Source of the DNA: Promethearchaeum syntrophicum
GTDB lineage: Archaea > Asgardarchaeota > Lokiarchaeia > Sigyniarchaeales > Promethearchaeaceae
Direction: 5' to 3'
DNA length: 32,000 bases
Assembly (NCBI RefSeq): GCF_008000775.2
Contig: NZ_CP042905.2
Span: forward strand, 2,700,001 to 2,732,000
The position numbers were made by a program, and so were the translations under genes. Below are positions 8,267-15,815 of the stretch, one piece after another. The notes under the pieces were generated by a model. The model saw only the letters and a program-made list of their open reading frames with translations. It was not told the DNA's origin and made no database searches. Every line of letters begins with the position of its first letter. The first letter of the stretch is position 1.

Positions 8267-9946
8267 ATGGCTAAGAATTTAGCGCCATTATTATTACGCG
8301 GGGATATATTAATTGATGGTGAAGGTGATGTTTTTCTAAAATTACTGGATAAAACAAGTGTAAAAGATTTAGATTTTGTATATTATAATGAAATATTTGA
8401 ACATCTATCTTCGAGTAGATCAAGGGAGGATGGAAAAATAGCTGAAAATAATGCTAAATCAGCATTAAAAATAATATCCAATTCTTTAGATTTAGCATTA
8501 TTGGGAATTTATTTAACACAAGACATAACACATCCATCGCATATATATGGAGGGTCAAATTATATTGAAAAATTCCTACATATTATGGATGCATATATAC
8601 ATTACAATATTCCTGGTCAAAGGGAGCGAAATGCAATATTTATGGACTATAATAGAATTAGAAGACTATTAGAAATTATAGAAGATCCCGGTATAGCTAT
8701 GATTAGAGAAAATGAGATGAGTTGTATTGAGGACCTTCTAAAAAGATGTATAGATAATCAATTCGATCAACGTCAAAAAGGGTTTATTGAATTAATTAAA
8801 AGTAAGACTTCTGGAATCAGCGCTTTATATGACAACCTTATCGACGATAAAAATTATGGAGGACATATATACTCACAATATACAAATGATTTTAAAACAT
8901 CAGGAAAAACTCTTTCCTTTATGTCCAAATTATCCGCATCAGATATAGAATGGGAATTTATGAGTCAAATGCACGCCAAAACCTACATAGGTTTTCTGCA
9001 AAAAGATATTACGATGGTTTTCACTCAACTTGGTAACGATTTTACGTTTGTTGGAGGTTCAACTTCTGAACTACTATCAATTATCTCCCAAACGATGTTT
9101 AGAAGACAAATACCAGGAACCGATAAATTCGAATTAATTTATCTTCCACCAGGTCAAATAACAAATGTCGACGGAAATCTTATATCTCCTCGTACTTTAA
9201 TGATCAATAGTCAAGTATTGCTTCCGTTAATGAATAATTTAGGTCATTTCTTTCAAGTTGATTATTCAAAAAATTTTGCAGCTAAAAGAACCAATAGTCC
9301 TCAGATCGATGAAGATGCGGGTCGCGTAGTTTATATAGGTTATATGGGTATGCCCTCTACTTCTTACGTTATTGACAAACTGGAAAAAATCGAAGACATC
9401 CAAGCCCAAGGTGCTGCATTTATTAGTATTATGGGTGATGGAAATATTAGAGCAAAATTTGAATCTGTTCTTGCAAGTAGTCGATTTAGTGGTATGGGGA
9501 CAGTTCTTATTAATAAAAAACCATTCGATTATCTTGAGGAAATATCAAATAATCCCGATACATATCATTTAAGTTATGAACATATTATTGATGATATTAC
9601 ACGTATAGCAGCCGGTTTAAGTGCCCAAAATCCAATTATTTCACAATTAGCATTAAACTCGAAATATAATGCAGAAATTGCAAAAGCTTTCGGTAAGTCA
9701 GTAGATGCTCAAAGGCAAGTTACAATTAATTCAATCATGGCTATGTGGTGGAATAATTTCCGTCATTCTAAAGCACCTCGTGATCCATCACAACCTATTG
9801 GTAATATGTTTAAGGCACAATCCAAAATGTTAAAATTCTTCCTTAAATCGATTAGGAACTACTATAGACCAATTGATCCTAATTATATTCCTCCATGGGT
9901 TATATTAAACGGTTGGAAAACAGAATGGGAAAGCTATTTTAATTAA
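8267..9946 (+). CDS. Large protein of unknown function (559 aa, no obvious TM or nucleotide-binding motif)
   Basis: Long ORF with good coding character beside a transposase; no family recognised. Confidence 0.75.
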   Translation: MAKNLAPLLLRGDILIDGEGDVFLKLLDKTSVKDLDFVYYNEIFEHLSSSRSREDGKIAENNAKSALKIISNSLDLALLGIYLTQDITHPSHIYGGSNYIEKFLHIMDAYIHYNIPGQRERNAIFMDYNRIRRLLEIIEDPGIAMIRENEMSCIEDLLKRCIDNQFDQRQKGFIELIKSKTSGISALYDNLIDDKNYGGHIYSQYTNDFKTSGKTLSFMSKLSASDIEWEFMSQMHAKTYIGFLQKDITMVFTQLGNDFTFVGGSTSELLSIISQTMFRRQIPGTDKFELIYLPPGQITNVDGNLISPRTLMINSQVLLPLMNNLGHFFQVDYSKNFAAKRTNSPQIDEDAGRVVYIGYMGMPSTSYVIDKLEKIEDIQAQGAAFISIMGDGNIRAKFESVLASSRFSGMGTVLINKKPFDYLEEISNNPDTYHLSYEHIIDDITRIAAGLSAQNPIISQLALNSKYNAEIAKAFGKSVDAQRQVTINSIMAMWWNNFRHSKAPRDPSQPIGNMFKAQSKMLKFFLKSIRNYYRPIDPNYIPPWVILNGWKTEWESYFN

Positions 9947-10015
9947 TTTCTAAATTTTTTCATGGTATATGTTTTTATATGCCTTTTTTTATATATATTC
10001 TAAGAATGATTCAAA

Positions 10016-11431
10016 ATGAACGATATTTATAATACACCAGTGATTCACCCAGAACTATTTGTCGAAATTCCTAAAAAAGAGAGATACGTAATTGAATCAT
10101 TTGGAATTACATTTAATCGAATGACAAATTTTCCCCGCTGGAACGATATCAAAATAGATAATGGGCATGTGAGAAAAATTTTACTTTCTTTTCCCATTCA
10201 AGAAAAATTTCAACCCACTTATATGTCCCCCACTCCGCATAAAAAGATCGGAGATCAGACATATTATTATTCAAAACACAATCATCCAGAAAATTTCAAA
10301 GGAATCCCCGAAAATTTCGGAAATCTAGAGTTTCTAGAAGATGTCAAATTTGAATTTGACATTTTTGATACATTACCCGACTCGATTGGAAATTTGAAAA
10401 ACCTAAAAATCCTTAATCTTAGCAATTGTAATCTCACCGGATTACCCGACTCGATTGGAAATTTGAATAACCTAAAAATCCTTAATCTTAGCAATTGTAA
10501 TCTCACCGGATTACCCGACCCGATTGGAAATTTGAATAATCTGACCGAACTAAATTTAGGATCTAATAGTTTGCGATTCCTGCCCAAATCGATTGGAAAT
10601 TTGAAAAAGCTTACTTTACTTGATATAAGACATAATCGATTAGAAACTATTCCCGACTCGATTGGAAAATTGAATAATCTGACCGAACTAAATTTAGGAT
10701 CTAATAACCTAACATTCCTTCCAAAATCGATTGGAAATTTGAAAAATCTTAAATTTTTCCACTTAAATCACTGCAATTTTAAATCCATTCCCCCCCAAAT
10801 ACAATTTCTCACAAATTTAATTGTTCTGGATCTTAGGGCTAACCACTTGACATCTCTTCCAGAATGGATCGGAGATCTAAGAAATATTTCACGTCTCACT
10901 TTAGGATGGAATAATCTTTCTTCCTTGCCAAATTCTTTTGAGAAATTGATAAATTTATCTAATTTATCTATTGGGAATAATTATTTTACCGAACTACCCC
11001 AAGTTCTTAATAAATTCAATCAACTTGAAGCGATTTCAGTGTTGCCCAATCCTTTCAAATCTCTTGAATCCATCAAATATTTCTTTCTTAATCTTGATTT
11101 TACTTCTAGTCTTCACGCATTCATAAATTTATTCCCAGAATCGGAATCTGATAAAAAAATCCCCGATACTGTCTCCCAACTAATTCGCGAAGGAAATGGT
11201 GAAGGTTTGTTCAAATACTACGAAACACCTCTCACTGAAATTTTGGAAAAAATTATATCCGACTCTAAATCCCTTTCTGAACATGAAACCGAGCGACTTA
11301 TTTGGGAAAGCAGCGGTTCCGAAAGAAATATTCTTGAATTGCATCTTCCAAATGGTCATTTTATTTTGGAGCAAATTAACGAACGGTTGAGATTCCATGT
11401 TAAAAAAAATGGCATGCAATTATTTAAGTGA
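10016..11431 (+). CDS. Leucine-rich-repeat protein with conserved C-terminal extension
   Basis: At least 8 LRR units of 23 aa (LPDSIGNLNNLKILNLSNCNLTG); C-terminal LFKYYETPLTEILEKIISDSKSLSEHETERLIWESSGSE. Confidence 0.9.
   Translation: MNDIYNTPVIHPELFVEIPKKERYVIESFGITFNRMTNFPRWNDIKIDNGHVRKILLSFPIQEKFQPTYMSPTPHKKIGDQTYYYSKHNHPENFKGIPENFGNLEFLEDVKFEFDIFDTLPDSIGNLKNLKILNLSNCNLTGLPDSIGNLNNLKILNLSNCNLTGLPDPIGNLNNLTELNLGSNSLRFLPKSIGNLKKLTLLDIRHNRLETIPDSIGKLNNLTELNLGSNNLTFLPKSIGNLKNLKFFHLNHCNFKSIPPQIQFLTNLIVLDLRANHLTSLPEWIGDLRNISRLTLGWNNLSSLPNSFEKLINLSNLSIGNNYFTELPQVLNKFNQLEAISVLPNPFKSLESIKYFFLNLDFTSSLHAFINLFPESESDKKIPDTVSQLIREGNGEGLFKYYETPLTEILEKIISDSKSLSEHETERLIWESSGSERNILELHLPNGHFILEQINERLRFHVKKNGMQLFK
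10373..10541 (+). repeat. Near-identical 69-bp tandem repeat inside the LRR gene
   Basis: ACTCGATTGGAAATTTGAA[A/T]AACCTAAAAATCCTTAATCTTAGCAATTGTAATCTCACCGGATTACCCG repeats with 69-bp period (10381, 10450, 10519). Confidence 0.9.
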
Positions 11432-11789
11432 GTTTGTGTAACTTTGAAAAAAATTTGAGACTATTTTTCATTTTCTTATTTAAAGGATCAAAAAAAAATA
11501 ATACCAAAATATAGACCATCCACTTTTTTTTTCTAAAATGGCAATTTTCGGCGTTTAAACGAATCTGGAGAAAAGATAACACAACCACTTTGTCTAAAAA
11601 AGGTCCAAAAAAAAAGATAACGCAACCACTAATACCCATATTTTTTAGAAGGATTATTTACACTTTTTACCGTAATTCGCACATTTATTGGTGTGATTCA
11701 TGATAATCTTTTTTGTTTTTCCACGATATATTCTTTATTTTATTGTATTAAGAAGGAATCATATAGAAGAGGGGAGAGAGAGGAGGGAG

Positions 11790-11943
11790 GGTAAAAAAAA
11801 TTTTATTTTTTTATTTTCGAATTTTATAAACCCCTTTCTTAATGGAAGTTCATGAATAAAGACAAAATCGAAGCTTCCCAGATGAATCTAAAACGCTTCA
11901 CCTCTGATGATGGAGTAGAAATCGCCCATTATAAACCATCCTA
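11790..11943 (+). repeat. Copy A of a diverged repeat of about 150 bp
   Basis: GGTAAAAAAAATTTTATTTTTTTA...AATGGAAGTTCATGAATAAAGACAAAATCGAAGCTTCCCAGATGAATCTAAAACG...ATCCTAAG aligns to 12987-13145. Confidence 0.75.
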
Positions 11944-12986
11944 AGTGCGGGAAATATCCCTTAATATCTCACATCCCAATCAAGCAAGGCGGAAACAGGT
12001 GAGTTGGTGAATTAAGTTTTATCTGTTGGAATATTTTTATTTCGAAGTTGTTTTTTCTTTTGGTAAGAAAAAATGAGACAAAAACTCAGGTAAATTTGAG
12101 ACTCTTATTTAAAGAGTGTGCTTTCACCGTCATTCTGCATCTTGAAAAAAAATGAGACTTATAAAAGATAAAGAAAGCAAATTTCATGGATACATTTAAA
12201 AATTCAATTTCTGAAGTTTCAGCCATTTCTATTTAAAGGAAAATTAAAATTTGAGACAAAACACTGAAAAAATTTGAGACTCCTATATAAATGACTCGTT
12301 ATCACTGTCATTCACCATCCCGAAAAAAAATGAGACTCGGAATTCTATTTAAATAATACCAAAAGATAATTTTGAAACTCTCTTTTTTCTCTAAAATATA
12401 ATTTTCGCCCTTTAAACAGATTTGGAAGAATCAATATTTTTGACATTTATGATATTTTAGCAAAGATAATTTTGCAACTTAAGCCCAAAAGGCTCCCAAA
12501 CAAAGATAATTTTGCAACTATGTCTAAAAAAGGTCCAGTAAAAGGTCCAGAACCAAAGATAATTTTGCAACTTTGCTTAAAAAAGGTCAGAAATCAAAGA
12601 TAATGTTGAAACTTTGCTTAAAAAAGGTAATACCAAAAGATAAATGTTAAACTCTCTTTTTTCTCTGAAATGTAATTGTTGGCATTTAAATGAAGTTGAC
12701 CAAATCGATACTTTTGACCTTTATGGTGTTTTAGCAAAGATAATTTTGCAACTTTGCCCCAAAAGGCTCCTAAAAAAAGATAAATGTTAAACTATTTTTT
12801 CTATGGACATTTTTTACTGTTATTCCCGCTGATACCAAAAAATAAATTTAGCAAAGTTAATTCTGCAACTTTGTTTCAAAATGCGCCCAAAAAAAGATAA
12901 ATTTGCATCTTTGTCTAAAAAAGGTCCGGTAAAAGGTTCAGAAGTAAAGAAAAAATTGCAACTCTCTTTTTTGTATGGGTTTTATG

Positions 12987-13145
12987 GGGGGGATAAAAAA
13001 ATTTTTATTTATTTTTTTTTCCGCTTTTTATATCTGCGATTTTTAATGGTAGTCCATGAAAATTGGCAAAATCGAAGCTTCGCAGATGAATTTAAAACAT
13101 TTCTGATGAAAAGTTAGAAATCACTTATATTTTGAACCCTCTTAA
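12987..13145 (+). repeat. Copy B of the diverged repeat of about 150 bp
   Basis: GGGATAAAAAAATTTTTATTTATTTT...AATGGTAGTCCATGAAAATTGGCAAAATCGAAGCTTCGCAGATGAATTTAAAACA...CCTCTTAAG. Confidence 0.75.
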
Positions 13146-13501
13146 GATAGAACAAGACGAGTTGCAGATTTATCTTTTTAAGCTGGGTAATATCTTTTTT
13201 TGGAAACAATTTTATTTTTTAGGATTACAAAACGGGGGAAAAAAATGAGACGTTTATATAAATAGCGCTAAATCAGAGTAACAAAAAATACGATTTCTCA
13301 AAAAAAAATGCGACTCTCCAGACAGGTAATTTTATGCAGTTAAAACAGTTACGCGATCCAAAACCGAACAAAGTATGTTTTTAGATTGGTGAGAATTTGC
13401 ATTGTGTCTCATTTTTTTATCAAGTCTCATTTTTTTTATTGCATAAATTCTCATTTTTTTAACGAAGTTACAGTTTGATCAGAAAAAAAAGGTAAACCAA
13501 A

Positions 13502-13565
13502 AACTAAAGAATTTAAACATCCTAATTAATTCTTACATTCCTGTTTTCTTCTGTCCCCACATTCC
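13502..13565. repeat. Right copy of the 64-bp exact direct repeat, overlapping the 3' end of the RuBisCO-like gene
   Basis: Identical to 3638-3701. Confidence 0.93.
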
Positions 13566-14870
13566 GAGGGAAATCCCTAACTCTTTATGATCTTTTGCAT
13601 AAGTTTTTACAGGTATTCCTTCCATTGCAGCAGTAATCGCTTGTCTAAATGCAATTGCTCCGGCTGTTGGTCCATCTTGGTGACTATGAATTCCGCCACC
13701 TGCTCCGAGCATGATATTAAATCCTAAATCTCTTGTAGCATATTCAACCATACCAGGCGTAATCCCCCCAGAAGGCATTGGCATCATCGGTTTTATGTGA
13801 GGTAGAGGATAAACACATTCCATTACGTTCTGAATAAATCGTTCGGGAACAACTGGTGCTTTTCCATATGGTGCTGGTAAAACTATTATATCGCAACCCA
13901 CTAATCGAGGCAATTTTCCAAGGGTTAACTTTGATGTTACGCCAGTGAAAGGATCTTCGTACCACACACCAGAAAAATCCATGTGGCCTTGAATTGGAAG
14001 TTTTACGCTCGGATCCTCAGCAACTTGTTGAACCGCGGTTAGTCCTTGTGGTAGATAATTAATTAACATCCCATTTCCTCCATGTTTTTGTACTACATCA
14101 ATATTTCTAAAAATCCTTGGAGTATTATCTGTTACATTAACCATATAAATAGTTTTTTCCCCAGTTTCTTCTTTAGCTTTATCAAGTCCCTCCATAACCT
14201 TGGTTACTCGATCTTCCAAAGTATTGAATTTCTGGTCTGCAATTAATTCATCATCTTTTACAACATCAACTCCACCAAGGGCTACTTTATAAGCTAATTC
14301 TCCTGCTACTTCAGCAGTATGACCTGTACATGGTTTAATCATGTTATTAAGGAGTGGTCGTTTTTCAACACCGAGGTATTTGCGAACCCCTTCAATTCCA
14401 AATCGTGGACCTGGCATAGTAGCGAGAATGTCTTTTGGAAACCACATATCCAGAAGTTTAATTTTTCCACCCATACTAATATTTCCAATAAGAGCAGTAA
14501 AAAGCAGGGCAAAATTCAATTTCCCTTCAGTGTTCACAAGATTAATTTTTGGCCATGCGATTTGCATAACATAATCTCGATATTCAATAGTTTTTGGAAG
14601 TTCATATTCCCAATTTGGTAATTCATGACAACCAATTAATTTCGCAATATGATTTTTACGGACTTCAGCAGTTTCAGCAGGAACTCTTATCCAAGTTCCA
14701 GTGCTTTGTTCAACACCAGCGAATTGCCCCATGGCTAAACCCGATTGTTTTTTACCCAATCGAGTAAAAAAGGTTCCGATAACGTAATCTTCCAACTCTA
14801 AACCCTCTTTGATTCCCCATGGTTGGGTTAGTATATCTTCAAAATGTGCTAATGGCATTTTTTTTTTCAC
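13533..14870 (-). CDS. RuBisCO large-subunit family protein, probably RuBisCO-like (form IV or non-canonical)
   Basis: GGVDVVKDDELI carbamylation-site region, MPMPSGGITPG and LGAGGGIHSHQDGPTAGAIAFRQA conserved; other active-site positions altered (MIKPCTGH, IQGHMDFSG, CDIIVLPAPYGK). Confidence 0.88.
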   Translation of the reverse strand: MKKKMPLAHFEDILTQPWGIKEGLELEDYVIGTFFTRLGKKQSGLAMGQFAGVEQSTGTWIRVPAETAEVRKNHIAKLIGCHELPNWEYELPKTIEYRDYVMQIAWPKINLVNTEGKLNFALLFTALIGNISMGGKIKLLDMWFPKDILATMPGPRFGIEGVRKYLGVEKRPLLNNMIKPCTGHTAEVAGELAYKVALGGVDVVKDDELIADQKFNTLEDRVTKVMEGLDKAKEETGEKTIYMVNVTDNTPRIFRNIDVVQKHGGNGMLINYLPQGLTAVQQVAEDPSVKLPIQGHMDFSGVWYEDPFTGVTSKLTLGKLPRLVGCDIIVLPAPYGKAPVVPERFIQNVMECVYPLPHIKPMMPMPSGGITPGMVEYATRDLGFNIMLGAGGGIHSHQDGPTAGAIAFRQAITAAMEGIPVKTYAKDHKELGISLGMWGQKKTGM

Positions 14871-15254
14871 TTTTATTATTTTTCAATATCTGTCTTATGT
14901 ATAAAAAAATAAATTGAATCTAAATACAACTCTAAGACAATATACGTTAAATAAAACAAGAAGATTATAAATATAAATAGATTTAGTAAAATTCTAAGAA
15001 ATTGGGAAAGTCAAAATTAATCAAAATTCAAAAATGGTTTCAAATCTGTCAGAATTTGCTTTAAACTTTTTACATTAGCGTATTAATATGTATAAAAACG
15101 GGATATTTCATATAATTGAATTATTACTTTTATCGGAATTCGTAAGAGAAGATTTAGCGTGGTATGCAAAAGTCTATAGGTTTTTAGTGATTCTCTAAAC
15201 TTGATATACTATTTCATAAAACAAAAATATAATAATTATTTGAAGGTGAGAACA

Positions 15255-15542
15255 ATGGCAAGAAAAATAAAATGGCAAGGTGAGAAATTAAGATTGGTTA
15301 AACGCCATTTTGTAAATATTGGGGGAATGACAGTTCTTTTAATTGATGAAACAAACTTTCCTCATCTAATTGTTAGTTTAAATCCAAAAAACTACATCCT
15401 TGAGCCCAACGAAATAATTGTTAAAGATTTTGGAGATAATCATGGTATTAAGGATGTTTTAATTTCTGAGAAATATCTAATCCCAACAGGAAAATGGGTT
15501 GAAATAAAAAATGAATTATGTGAAATTTGTAAGGTTCTTTAA
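15255..15542 (+). CDS. Small hypothetical protein (95 aa; track start at 15201 probably too early)
   Basis: AGGTGAGAACA upstream of the ATG at 15255 (MARKIKWQGEKLRLVKRHFVNIGG). Confidence 0.6.
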   Translation: MARKIKWQGEKLRLVKRHFVNIGGMTVLLIDETNFPHLIVSLNPKNYILEPNEIIVKDFGDNHGIKDVLISEKYLIPTGKWVEIKNELCEICKVL

Positions 15543-15815
15543 TTTATTTTAACGTCCTTGCTCATTTTTGAATTTATAAAACTTTTTTAGAAATAAGAAT
15601 TTTCTGAACAAATTTATATTTTTTTAATTCATAAAAGGTGCAATTCTGGTTATTTTTAAGTTAATACATATTCTACAATCTTTGTTTTCAATTCTGGACA
15701 AATATGATTAGAAAATTAGTATTCTGAGGAACATATGTGAAAAGTAGGGAGAAACATTTAATAAGCTAGGCAATGTGAAGATTATTAAGGAAATAAATCA
15801 CAAGAAGGTTTGTAT

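Larger units (their letters stand above)
11436..13420. repeat. Non-coding repeat-dense region with several interleaved diverged repeat families
   Basis: Recurrent AAAAAAATGAGAC, AAATTTGAGACTC..TATWTAAA, AAAGATAATTTTGCAACTTTG..TAAAAAAGGTC, and TTTTTTCTCTAAAATRTAATTTTCG..TTTAAA. Confidence 0.8.
3638..13565. mobile_element. Putative integrated or recombination-derived accessory island bounded by 64-bp direct repeats
   Basis: Exact 64-bp direct repeats at both ends, one inside the 3' end of an intact gene; interior carries a transposase, orphan and truncated ORFs, LRR genes and a repeat array. No site-specific recombinase recognised inside. Confidence 0.5.

Noticed and set aside
10282-10587. Minus-strand 101-aa ORF inside the second LRR gene
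   Set aside because: Mirror of the 69-bp LRR DNA repeat; not an independent gene.
11424-11639. 71-aa minus-strand ORF after the LRR gene
   Set aside because: Falls in the AT-rich repeat tract; composition is FFF/K-rich and not protein-like.
12881-13117. 78-aa ORF in the repeat tract
   Set aside because: Built from repeat units and poly-A/T runs; no plausible RBS or conservation signal.
11436-13420. CRISPR array interpretation of the repeat tract
   Set aside because: Repeats are diverged, unevenly spaced and of several families, with no constant-length spacers and no cas genes in the window.
3638-13565. tRNA-gene integration site
   Set aside because: No tRNA is recognisable at either repeat copy; the duplicated sequence is the tail of a protein-coding gene.
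13744-14621. ORFs opposite the RuBisCO-like gene
   Set aside because: Antisense to a clearly conserved gene.
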